52,257 nucleotides of DNA, taken from NCBI GenBank assembly GCA_002269645.1, contig NIVC01004271.1, positions 1 to 52,257 on the forward strand, read 5' to 3'. The number at the start of each line of letters is the position of its first letter. Within the stretch, counting starts at the first letter, position 1. The notes beneath the pieces are model-generated. The model was not told the origin of the DNA and did not search any database. It saw only the letters and a program-made list of their open reading frames with translations. Source of the DNA: Macrostomum lignano (taxonomy: Eukaryota). The translations under genes were made by a program, and so were the position numbers. Of this stretch, positions 41,201 through 52,257 are shown one piece after another.

Positions 41201-44200
41201 GATTCGGGGAAGAGGGAGTGGGATTTGGAGGAAGAGGGACTGGGATTCGGGGAAGAGGGAGTGGGATTCGGGGAAGAGGGAGTGGGATTCGGGGAAGAGG
41301 GAGTGGGATTCGGGGAAGAGGGAGTGGGATTCGGGGAAGATTGAGTTGGATTTGGGGAAGAGGGAGTGGGATTTGGGAAAGAGGAAATCGGATTTGTGGA
41401 AGACAGGGAAGAGGGACTGGGATTCGGGGAAGAGGGACTGGGATTTGGAGGAAGAGGGACTGGGATTCGGGGAATAGGGACTGGGATTTGGAGGAAGAGG
41501 GACTGGGATTCGGGGAATAGGGACTGGGATTTGGAGGAAGAGGGAGTGGGATTTGGAGGAAGAGGGACTGGGATTCGGGGAAGAGGGAGTGGGATTTGGA
41601 GGAAGAGGGACTGGGATTCGGGGAAGAGGGAGTGGGATTTGGAGGAAGAGGGACTGGGATTCAGGGAAGAGGGAGTGGGATTTGGAGGAAGAGGGACTGG
41701 GATTGGAGAAGAGGGAGTGGGATTTGGAGGAAGAGGGACTGGGATTGGAGAAGAGGGACTGGGAGTTAAGGAAGAGCGACTGGGATTCGGGGAAGATGGA
41801 GTTGGATTAAGGGAAGAGGGAGTGGGAAGAGAGGATGAGGGACTGGGATTTGGCAAAGTGATTGTGGGATTTGGGAAAGAGGAAATCGGATTTGTGGAAG
41901 ACAAATTAAGATTTCGATAAAATGGGATTTCGAGAAGAGGGACTGGTGTTTAGTCGCAATAAACTGTCAGTTTGTTAAACTTTTGTCTTGGAAACATGAG
42001 TTCAAATAATAGAAAAAAACATGCACAGACAAACATGATGAGAATTGTCTCGTTCGTTTGAACGCTGTCCAATACAGTGCAAAATTTGATTTTTATTTAT
42101 TAAATTTTGCTAACGTCTTGGAATGGCTATTGATATCAAAGCGTATACTCTGATTTGGAATTGATTTGTTGTTAAGATATCTCTAATCCATTAATCCAAA
42201 AATAGAGCACTTCATAAACTGTTTAACTGATCACAGTTTTTGTTTATCATTTTTTTCACATCTAAACAGCCCTGGCTACCTCACGACGTCATCACTTGCT
42301 GCATCGACTGCGACGAAGGCGTCGTGTCGTTCTATCGCAACGGACGCAGCCTGGGCGTTGCTTTCGATAATGTTCGTCTGGGTCCCGGCGTCGCGTACTT
42401 TCCAGCTTTGAGCGTAGCTCGAGGCCAGGCAGCGTTTCTGAATTTTGGCGACGTGCCTTTTGCGTAAGTTTCTTGTTGCAAAATGTCTTAGATCTGGTTC
42501 TACTGTTAGTAGGTTTTATCGAGGTTCAGTTTTAGGGTGTTAAACTAACAGAAATCTACGTATCATCTTGCTACTATTATCGGCTACTATGAATATTATA
42601 GGTTGAGTATCGGGTATTTAATTACCAGCGATCTAATCATCTTACTACTAACAGTAGATTAAGTATCGGGTATTTAATTACCAGCAATCTAATCTTCTCA
42701 CTACTAACAGTAGATTGAGTTATCGGGTATTTAATCACCAGAAATCTAATCTTCTTACTACTAACAGTAGTTTGAGTATCGGGTATTTAATTACCAGCAA
42801 TCTAATCATCTTACTACTAACAGTAGATTGAGTTATCGGGTATTTAATCACCAGCAATCTAATCTTCTTACTACTAACAGTAGTTTGAGTATCGGGTATT
42901 TAATCACCAGCAATCTAATCTTCTTACTACTAACAGTAGTTTGAGTATCGGGTATTTAATTACCAGCAATCTAATCTTCTTACTACTAACAGTAGTTTGA
43001 GTATCGGGTATTTAATCACCAGCAATCTAATCTTCTTACTACTAACAGTAGTTTGAGTATCGGGTATTTAATCACCAGCAATTTATCATCCTGCTACTAA
43101 CAGTAGGTTAGCATAGAGTTTTAACTCTATAAAAACTTTACTATTTTTGTCTACTGCAGCTACCCGATTCCGGAGGATTATCAACCGTTGCAAGCGCCGC
43201 CGCTACGTTTAGAAACTCGCCTAGTGCCTGTGCTGTCGCATTTAGAGCGGCTGATACCGTTAGCCGCAGACACACGCAACGATGCCTCGGCTGCTACTAA
43301 GGTTACTGGAGCCAGTTTACAAGAACCTGTTCAACCAGCTGCGCCAATGCACAGCGGCAATACTGGTTCCGCATCAAATGTCGCGTCAGCTGGTGTTTCG
43401 TCTGTTGCTACCACCGCCTCGTCATCAGCTACTACTAGAAGTAGAGATTCAACTTGCTGGTTGATTGCTTCGCATTTGGTGCCACTTATCGAACAGGGAT
43501 TGGTAAGAATTAGTACCAATATTTTCTCTTTTTGTAAAGCTTCTAGATAAAGCTATGAGATCTAGATAAAGCCTCTAGTCTTTTAACCAATCCGCCACTG
43601 AGAGAGTCTCGCCCTACTAATCCGCCCCTGAGAGAATCTCGCCCTACTAATCCGCTCATGAGAGAATCTCGCCCTATTAATCCGCTCATGAGAGAATCTC
43701 GCCCTATTAATCCGCTCATGAGAGAATCTCGCCCTACTAATCCGCCCCTGAGAGAATCTCGCCCTATTAATCCGCCCCTGAGAGAATCTCGCCCTACTAA
43801 TCCACTCATGAGAGAATCTCGCCCTACTAATCCGTTCATGAGAGAATCTCGCCCTACTAATCCGCCACTGAGAGAGTCTCGCCCTATTAATCCGCTCATG
43901 AGAGAATCTCGCCCGACTAATCCGCTCATGAGAGAATCTCGCCCTACTAATCCGCCACTGAGAGAGTTTCGCCCTACTAATCCGCTCATGAGAGAATCTC
44001 GCCCTACTAATCCGCCCCTGAGAGAGTCTCGGCCCACTAATCCGCCCCTGAGAGAGTCTCGCCCTACTAATCCGCCCCTGAGAGAATCTCGCCCTACTAA
44101 TCCGCTCATGAGAGAGTCTCGCCCTACTAATCCGCCCCTGAGAGAGTCTCGCCCTACTAATCCGCCACTGAGAGAATCTCGCCCTATTAATCCGCTCATG

Positions 44201-47200
44201 AGAGAATCTCGCCCTACTAATCTGCTCCTGGGAGAACCACTAATCCGACCCTAATGAACCCCTATGAATCCGATTCATAAAGCCTACATGATGAGAATTG
44301 TCTCGTTCGTTTGAAGCTTTTTCAAATATTCGTAGAGATATTAATTGTCTCTTTGTTTATTCGGATTAGCTGTTGATATCAAGCAATTATCTCTGAATAT
44401 GTTTATGCACATGTTTATTCATTCACTAATATCTGTTTAAGATTTAATTAGAAAAGTACACCGTGTCCTTTTATAATTGCAGACCTGCGACTACACAGTT
44501 GCCAAATACATTCTACCGTTGATGGCCAAATTTAGCGATATCGATTGCTTGCCGCAGGCTAGGCAATGCCATTTGGAGGTTATTGTGCAGTACATTTGTA
44601 CTTTTCTACAGGTAAGCTTTCGTTTTTAACGTAAGCAAAAAAGGCACTGGCTACTATAATATTTTTTCCTTCTTCCATTAACTATGAGATTCGTCCCTAA
44701 GTTAAATACCTTGAGATTCGTCCTCTAGCCACTATCTACTATGAGATTCGTCTCTTAGCTACTATGATATTCGTCTCTTAGCTACTATGATATTCGTCTC
44801 TTAGCTACTATGATATTCGTCTCTTAACTAATGAGACTAATGAGATTCGTCCTCTAGCCACTATCTACTATGAGATTCGTCTCTTAGCTACTATGATATT
44901 CGTCTCTTAGCTACTATGAGATTCGTCCTTTAGCGACTATGAGATTCGTCCTCTAGCCGCTATGAGATTCGTCCTCTAGCCACTATGAGATTCGTCCTCT
45001 AGCCACTATGAGATTCGTCCTCTAGCCACTATGAGATTCGTCCTCTAGCCACTATGAGATTCGTCCTCTAGCCACTATGAGATTCGTTATCTAGCCACTA
45101 TGAGATTCGTCCTCTAGCCACTATGAGATTCGTCCTCTACTTTCATTAAATAGGGTATATCTGATACCTGACTCCTTTTATTCACAACGGGCAATATTAA
45201 CTAGTATTATATACCCATATGCTGTTTATTTCCAGCGGGACTCCTGCCAACGCGCCTTAGCCTCCATCGTGTCGGCCCTATTCGCCACCTGTCACAGCCA
45301 TCCCAGCCCAGATTACGCTCATCAGCGCACCTGCCTGACCATCCTATTGGCTATGCTCAGACACGATTGCGCTAGGCGTTATTTAGTCTCCTCTGTACTG
45401 TTTGATACCGTGGAATTGCCAGTGTTCTGCTTTGTTAATCAATTGCCGGAGTTACTGTTCACTAAGGAGCCGCACATTTTTGTAAGTGTATTGGTTAACT
45501 TCCTCTCCTATCCATCCCACTTCAGTCTATTCGCCTCTATAAACTGATGCGCTCTACCACACTTTCCTACTCTACTCTGTCATATTTTGTCTACTCTATC
45601 ACACCCTACCATAGTCTACCCAACTGTACAACACATTACCCCACTCTATCACACGCGACCTCACTCTACCATGCTCTACCCTAGGTCCATGCTTGGGAGC
45701 AACCTAGGGATTCACCCGGCCGTTTCTATTGGAAACACAGACACGTAGGTCGCTACTGGACTGAATAGTAGTCACGTGACTGCTCTCAGCCAATAGCGAC
45801 TTACATGTGTTGCCAATAGAAACGGCCGGGTGATTCCCAATGTTGCGCATGTATACCTAGGTCTCTACCACTTACCATGCTCTACCCGAGTCTAACATCT
45901 TACCACACCTACCCCACTCTACTACACCCTAACCCACTGTATCACACTATATGCCACTCTACCACACCCTACCTTACTCTACCACAGTTTACCATACTCT
46001 GTTAATTACCCCACTCTCTATCACAGCAAAACACCCCATATACCCCTATTGCCGCGCAGGAGGACTCGAAACGCGAGAAGTACAGCAACAGTCCGCACGC
46101 CACCCCCAGCATAGCCTGGCGCCTCGGCCCCTCAGCCCAATCTCGCCTAGCAGACTATCAGGCCAGCATTAGCAAAGTCGACGATCTTATTCAAGAGATG
46201 CTGCGCACTTTAATGAATCACACAGACGGTACATTGTCTATATTTGCTGATAGACTGCACGAGTTTGTACGCGACAACATGTCACCGGATACTGTCAGTA
46301 TGCAGCCTGCTGTACTGCGCGACTGCTGTCCGCAACACGCTATGCCGGCCTTTTTTCACGCTTTGGTGCGAACTATTCAGTCTAAATGGAATGGCACACC
46401 AGAGATGGCTGTTAGTAGTATTATTAAATATTGCTTTTGTATATCCATTTTGATGGTTTTAGATATTGATTTCTAACTGACATCTACTATAGGTCCAAAT
46501 CTTATTTTCCACAAAACAAGATTCGAACCCCAGACCTTCATAGAGATTCAAACCCCGACCTTCATCGAGATTCGAACCCCAGACCTTCATAGAGATTCGA
46601 ACCCCAGACCTTCATACAGATTCGAACCCCAGACCTTCATAGAGATTCGAACCCCAACCTTCATAGAGATTCAAACCCCAGACCTTCATAAAGATTCAAA
46701 CTCCAACCTTCATAGAGATTCAAACCCCAACCTTCATAGAGATTCAAACCCCAACCTTAATAGAGATTCAAACCCCAACCTTCATAGAGATTCAAACCCC
46801 TGACCTTCAAAGAGATTCGAACCCCTGACCTTCATAAAGATTTGAACCCTGACATTCATAGAGATTTGAACCCCTGACCTTCATAGAGATTCAAACCCCT
46901 GACCTTCTTAGAGATCCGAACCCCTGACCTTCTTAGAGATCCGAACCCCTGACCTTCATAGAGATTCGAACTCCTGACATTCATAGAGATACGAACCCCA
47001 GACCTTCATAGAGATTCGAACCCCAGACCTGTATAGAGATTACATTCGAACCCCTGAAGACCATAGTGATTCGATCCCATGAACTTAGTAGACCCTGCGA
47101 GACCCTCATCTTAAATTACTAAACATTCGAACTTCGAACCACTGTTCTTTACCGAGATTCGAACCTTCTCTCTAATCGCAGCCATTCGAGCAGCAGCCCT

Positions 47201-49482
47201 ACATACCAGCCGAATATTTCTGCCTAGAAGAGTTGGACTCGTACGATGCCCAACGGCTAGGCGGTTTGCAAGCCTACCTGGCCAAAACTTACAAAGACGA
47301 AGTGTCTGCCGTGCTGCGCTCTTCGGCCACCCTGGCTGAGCAGTATCGGCAGCGGGGCGGCTTCGGCGCCGGCCTGAGCTCGCTGGGGGACTCGGCTGCT
47401 AGCAGCGGGAAACGGCGCTTTGTTGGAGGTCTGGGCGCCCTGCTGACCTTCACTGGCCGGGGCGGAAGCGGCGGCGGCCATAAAGAGGGTAGCTCGCCCA
47501 CGGCTGAGCAGCAACAGGTGACTTGCGTCTAATCGTTTTTTATCCTCTAGGAGACTTGCCGCACCTTTCCGGATCAACAGTTGCTGGGCCAGCTCCCCAG
47601 ATAGTCTAATGCTGGCCCACCAGCCTCCCAGATTCTTAGTTTCTGGGCCAGCCTCTCAGACCCCCAGTTGCTGGGCCAGCCTCCCAGAGTGTCAGTTGCT
47701 GGGCCAGCCTTCCAAATCCTCAGTTGCTGGGCCAGCCTTCCAAATCCTCAGTTGCTGGACCAGCCTCCCAGAGTGTCAGTTGCTGGGCCAGCCTCTCAGA
47801 TCCTCAGTTGCTGGACCAGCCTCCCAGATCCTCAGTTGCTGGACCAGCCTCCCAGAGTGTCAGTTGCTGGGCCAGCCTCTCAGATCCTCAGTTGCTGGAC
47901 CAGCCTCCCAGAGTGTCAGTTGCTGGACCAGCCTCTCAGATCCTCAGTTGCTGGACCAGCCTCCCAGAGTGTCAGTTGCTGGGCCAGCCTCTCAGATCCT
48001 CAGTTGCTGGACCAGCCTCCCAGAGTGTCAGTTGCTGGACCAGCCTCCAGAGTGTCAGTTACTGGGCCAGCCTCCCAGAGTGTCAGTTGCTGGACCAGCC
48101 TCCCAGAGTGTCAGTTGCTGGGCCAGCCTTCCAAATCCTCAGTTGCTGGGCCAGCCTTCCAAATCCTCAGTTGCTGGACCAGCCTCCCAGAGTGTCAGTT
48201 GCTGGGCCAGCCTCTCAGATCCTCAGTTGCTGGACCAGCCTCCCAGAGTGTCAGTTGCTGGACCAGCCTCCCAGAGTGTCAGTTGCTGGACCAGCCTCCC
48301 AGAGTGTCAGTTGCTGGGCCAGCCTCTCAGATCCTCAGTTGCTGGACCAGCCTCCCAGAGTGTCAGTTGCTGGACCAGCCTCCCAGAGTGTCAGTTGCTG
48401 GACCAGCCTCCCAGAGTGTCAGTTGCTGGGCCAGCCTCTCAGATCCTCAGTTGCTGGACCAGCCTCCCAGAGTGTCAGTTGCTGGGCCAGCCTCCCAGAG
48501 TGTCAGTTGCTGGACCAGCCTCCCAGATCCTCAGTTGCTAGGCCAGCCTCCCAAAGTGTCAGTTGCTGGGCCAGCCTCCCAGATCCTCAGTTGCTGGGCC
48601 AGCCTCCCAGATCCTCAGTTGCTGGGCCAGCCTCCCAGATCCCCAGTTCCTGATCCAGCCTCCCAGATCCCTATCCCAATCAAACTGAAACCGCTGTAGG
48701 CCTCGGCAACTCCGCCTTCGCCATCGACGCCGGCCCATCCGCAGCAGCCGCTTGGACCAGCAATGCTGGCCGAGTTTGGTTGCCGCCACCTGCTGCCACC
48801 CTCCTCCAGTCCTGCCGGCACTTCAGCTGGCTCGTCGCCAACTGCCACATTCCTAGACGAGCGACAGCAGCTGCTGTTGCAGATGCACTCGCTCAGCAGT
48901 CAGCACCACCGTCGGCATAGTCGCAGACAGCAGCAGCAACAGCAGCAGCAGCAGCAGCAATTGCAGCAGAGTCTAATTCTGCCCCTAATCCGTCTATTGG
49001 ACTGCACTATAGCTTTATTCTATCTGAGCGTCTACCGCCAGCTAGTGCTGGCTAGCAAGCGGCTGCTAGACTATGCGTCTTATTGCGACGCGCTGGACCA
49101 GACTAGAGCTAATCTGGCCCGCTGTCCGCCGGATCGGCTGGCCGACATCGGGCAGCGGATTGAAGCCGCCGAACGGGTGCTGCGCGATCATCTGATTGGT
49201 CGAGAGGCGGCGCTGGCGCATCTGCTAGCCGGACCATTGTCGCCCGAAATGCGCGCCTCTGTTCGTTGGCTGTGCTCGGTGTTATCCGCGACCTTTGCTA
49301 AAGCGGCTGGAGCTGGCGGAGAGGCGGACAATAATAATTTGTTCCGATTCTTGCCCGAGTATTTTGTTTCCACTGCGGCTAATGCGTTCTACACTCTGAA
49401 GGATGTGTGCGGCCTGCTGGTGCCGTTCCAGACCGCTGAGGGTGAGTCTGTCTGTCTGTCTGTCTATCTATCTGTCTGTCAC

Positions 49483-49539
<57 letters not shown>

Positions 49540-51486
49540 GTCTGTCACTGTCTGTCTGTCTGTCTCTCTGTCTGTCTGTCTGTCTGTCTGTGTCTGTCTG
49601 TCTGTCTGTCCTTCTCTCTGTCTGTCTGTCTGTCTGTCTGTCTGTGTCTGTCTGTCTGTGGATCCATCCATCTCTGAAACGAGAAGTAGAACTTGTTTAC
49701 GATGACTATAAGTGTAATTTATGTAATCCTACAGCTAAATTATCATCTTATCTAACTAAGGAATAAAAGTTATCTATCTCAACCGCCTACAGATAGCGCA
49801 GAAATCCTGCTCAGCTTCGCCCGCTTCATCACAGCCTATTTCGACGATCCTCGTATAGTGAGCTCGGAGACTCGCGAACTGTTCCTGTCTAATCTGGTTG
49901 TGCTCACCTGCGAGCCTGACTTCATCGAGGCGCTACAAAGATTCAGCCAGGATGAAGCGGCTTCCCTAGTAAAGTCTTTGTTGCTACCGGCTTCGTCAGA
50001 TTCCGGCTATAGCAGGCGCTGGTTTCTCACTAATCGAGTCCTGGTTCGATTCTGGAAAGGCGACGGGTTCGCGTTTCGGTACGCCGAAGAGCCAGACGAC
50101 TTGGCTGACGCTTCCGGCGAGGCTGGCAGCGCCGGCGGCAGCGGCGGTGGTGGCGACCTGATGAAGCAGCTGGCTGCCAATCGGTTGTTTAATACGACTC
50201 CGACTCCGAAGAGCTTTGATTTAGGTGAGTTTTTGGTTTCTAGTGGGAGCCCAGGGATCCTTCATTTATTTTCTAGATGCTCAAACTGGTCCCAATTCTT
50301 CCCATTCCCAGATCTTCAGCTTGCTCCCATTTATTCCCATTCCGTGATCTTCAAACTGGTCCTAAATTCTTCTCATTGTCTGACCCTCTAACTAGTCTTC
50401 TAAACTCCCGAGACTCATCCTATTCCTAGATTCCTACTGATCCTATTCCCAGATTCCCAGTAGACTGATCCTATTCCCAGATCCCCAAACTGATCCTATT
50501 CCCAGATTCCCAGTAGACTGATCCTATTCCCAGATCCCCAAACTGATCCTATTCCCAGATCCCCAATTTTATCCTATTCCCAGATTCCCAAACTGATCCT
50601 ATTCCCAGATCCCCAATTTTATCCTATTCCCAGATCCCCAAACTGATCCTATTCCCAGATCCCCAAACTGATCCTATTCCCAGATCCTCAAACTGATCCT
50701 ATTCCCAGATCCTCAAACTGATCCTATTCCCAGATCCCCAAACTGATCCTATTCCCAGATCCCCAAACTGATCCTATTCCCAGATCCCCAAACTGATCCT
50801 ATTCCCAGATCCTCAAACTGATCCTATTCCTAGATTCCCTAGGACTCATCCTATTCCCAGATCCCTAGACTGATCTTATTCCCACATCCCAAATCTGATC
50901 CTATTCCCAGATTCTCGAACTGATCCTATTCCCAGATCCCTAATATGATCCTATTCCCAGTTACCCAAACTGATCCTATTCCAGACCCCAATTTGATCCT
51001 ATTCCCAGATCCCTAATATGATCCTATTCCCAGATCCCTAACTGATCCTATTCCCAGATTCCCGAACTGATCCTATGTTTAAATCCCTTCACCATTCTAA
51101 GATCTTTAGGTTTGCTAATTTTTCTTTCCACCTCCAAGTTATTAGGTTGAGTCGTTTCTCCCATTGCAGACCCGTATCCTTCGGCATTTTATCAGCGCCA
51201 AATCCGCGCCCTCCTGGTCTCCGACCCGGCATTGCAACGTCAAATTGTCGATTTCCTGCTTAACAAGCTCAATCTGAGCTTCTCAGACTACCTGTCTGTG
51301 TCGCAGGACAGCCGGAATGCCGCCTCAGCCGCCGGAGCCGCCATCAGCAGTCGGCGAGCCAAAGTGCTGTCTGGCTTCCTCGACATGACAGTCGTGCTGG
51401 TCCGGGCGCTCGAGATGGTGGCGCATTTAACGCCTGAGTTCTTTGTGCAACCAACTTCTAGCTTGTTTTTGAGCCGGCTGAGCCAG
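35251..51486 (+). CDS. RNF123: E3 ubiquitin ligase RNF123/KPC1 (SPRY domain; RING exons lie beyond the window)
   Basis: 14 exons: 35251-35257, 35326-35401, 35504-35586, 36022-36269, 39764-39850, 42270-42463, 43160-43502, 44483-44611, 45236-45481, 46060-46410, 47182-47517, 48700-49441, 49793-50224 and 51170-51486 (3591 nt, all GT-AG, phases consistent). Motifs [60 protein letters not shown] and [10 protein letters not shown] match RNF123. Confidence 0.95.
35690..35965. repeat. 22-bp minisatellite (GCTAATAATCCCAAATCCCACA), RNF123 intron 3
   Basis: About 12 copies. Confidence 0.93.
36022..36269 (+). CDS. RNF123: RNF123 exon 4 (SPRY start)
   Basis: [11 protein letters not shown]...[23 protein letters not shown]...[17 protein letters not shown]|gtaatt. 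Confidence 0.93.
36325..39650. repeat. 3.3-kb satellite of a 23-bp unit (GATTCGTCTCTTAGCTTCCATCA), RNF123 intron 4
   Basis: About 140 copies with higher-order blocks. Confidence 0.99.
39764..39850 (+). CDS. RNF123: RNF123 exon 5 (SPRY)
   Basis: tttcag|[29 protein letters not shown]|gtttgt. Confidence 0.93.
39868..41945. repeat. 21-bp purine-rich minisatellite (GGGAGTGGGATTCGGGGAAGA), RNF123 intron 5
   Basis: About 95 copies; accounts for the spurious ORFs at 40.1-41.9 kb. Confidence 0.98.
42270..42463 (+). CDS. RNF123: RNF123 exon 6 (SPRY end)
   Basis: [32 protein letters not shown]...[24 protein letters not shown]|gtaagt. Confidence 0.93.
42595..43105. repeat. 56-bp minisatellite, RNF123 intron 6
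   Basis: GAGTATCGGGTATTTAATCACCAGCAATCTAATCTTCTTACTACTAACAGTAGTTT, about 9 copies. Confidence 0.96.
43575..44225. repeat. 30-bp minisatellite (GAGAGAATCTCGCCCTACTAATCCGCTCAT), RNF123 intron 7
   Basis: About 21 copies. Confidence 0.97.
44670..45138. repeat. 23-bp minisatellite (GAGATTCGTCCTCTAGCCACTAT), RNF123 intron 8
   Basis: About 19 copies; related to the intron-4 array. Confidence 0.95.
45550..46020. repeat. Degenerate CTCTACCA-core low-complexity repeat, RNF123 intron 9, interrupted by MITE A
   Basis: Recurrent CTCTACC/CACACTA motifs without a clean period. Confidence 0.6.
45688..45855. mobile_element. Palindromic MITE family A, copy 2 (168 bp)
   Basis: 8-bp TSD CCTAGGTC at 45680-45687 and 45856-45863; about 60-bp inverted arms around a central AGTCACGTGACT palindrome. 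Confidence 0.85.
46515..47095. repeat. 24/25-bp minisatellite (GAGATTCGAACCCCAGACCTTCATA), RNF123 intron 10
   Basis: About 22 copies. Confidence 0.95.
47575..48665. repeat. 28-bp minisatellite (GTTGCTGGACCAGCCTCCCAGAGTGTCA / ...GATCCTCA), RNF123 intron 11
   Basis: About 38 copies. Confidence 0.97.
48700..49441 (+). CDS. RNF123: RNF123 exon 12 (polyQ insert)
   Basis: 742-nt exon, in frame with ORF 48763; [10 protein letters not shown]; donor G|gtgagt. Confidence 0.88.
49446..49658. repeat. (TCTG)n microsatellite directly after a donor site, RNF123 intron 12
   Basis: Direct reading of the sequence. Confidence 0.96.
50410..51075. repeat. 25-bp minisatellite (CTGATCCTATTCCCAGATCCCCAAA), RNF123 intron 13
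   Basis: About 26 copies. Confidence 0.96.
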
Positions 51487-51509
51487 GTAGCTTACTGAAG
51501 CTTTCGCTA

Positions 51510-52050
51510 TGTTGCTATGGAAGGTGCAATCTGTGCTGCTATGGGAGATGGGATCTGTGTTTCTGTGGGAACAGAAGATGGGATTCGTGTTGTTATGGGA
51601 GATGGGATCTGTGTTGCCATGGGAGATGGGATCTGTGCTGCTATGGGAGATGGGATCTGTGTTGCCATGGGAGATGGGATCTGTGTTGCCATGGGAGATG
51701 GGATCTGTGTTGCCATGGAAACGGAATATGGGATATGTGTTGCTATGGGAACGGGAGATGGGCTGTGTTGCTATGGGAACGGGAGATGGGCTGTGTTGCT
51801 ATGGGAACGGGAGATGGGCTGTGTTGCTATGGGAACGGGAGATGGGATCTGTGTTGCTACGGAATGGGGGATGGAATCGCCTGTTGCTATGGAGATGGGA
51901 ACTGTGTTGCTATGGTAATGGAAGATGGGATCTGTGTTGCTGTAGGAACGGGAGATGGGATTTGTGTTGCTATGGGAACGGGGGATGGAATCTGTTTTTA
52001 TGGTAGATGAAATCTTGTTGCTACGGGAACAGGAGATGGGATCTGTTGCT
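51510..52050. repeat. 24-bp minisatellite (ATGGGAGATGGGATCTGTGTTGCC), RNF123 intron 14
   Basis: About 20 diverging copies. Confidence 0.94.
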
Positions 52051-52257
52051 ATGGGAGATTAGAAATTTAGTCTATTACTAAGTTTTCAAGTCCCAAGGTA
52101 AAATTAGGTGATTGGGGTCTGTTGCTATGGTGTGAGAATGGGATCTGTTGCTAGGCTTTTAGAAAGAAATCGCTGCTAGATAATGCGGCAAATAAATAAG
52201 AGTTTACTTGATTTGGCAAGTCTCATTCATTCGCACACAACTAAGCAATGGAAATCC

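Noticed and set aside
40156-48699. Long repetitive ORFs (for example 40183-41904, 43543-44254, 47609-48699)
   Set aside because: They coincide with intronic minisatellites between in-phase RNF123 exons.

Overview
Eukaryotic (animal) genomic DNA. GC-rich exons, CAG/polyQ tracts and introns packed with minisatellites suggest a free-living flatworm such as Macrostomum lignano; this is an inference. Three spliced genes were assembled by hand from splice sites, exon phases and recalled homology. (1) PGAP1, a GPI inositol-deacylase on the minus strand, with ATG at 28965, running toward the window start; its 3' half has two frame interruptions. (2) A complete 4-exon, 271-aa DM-domain gene of the Dmrt2/Dmrt11E class on the plus strand (15538-25292), nested antisense inside PGAP1 intron 5. 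(3) RNF123/KPC1, a SPRY-containing E3 ligase on the plus strand, with 14 in-phase coding exons from 35251 to 51486, continuing past the window. A very young Mag-like Ty3/Gypsy LTR retrotransposon (19076-24168, near-identical LTRs, AACAT TSD) lies in Dmrt intron 2. Its RT is broken by a 165-bp (ATT)n-tailed retroposon with an 11-bp TSD, giving four levels of nesting. The window also holds two copies of a palindromic MITE (one with a second MITE inside and strong CpG decay), Helitron-like fragments, and about 20 tandem arrays, roughly one unit type per intron.
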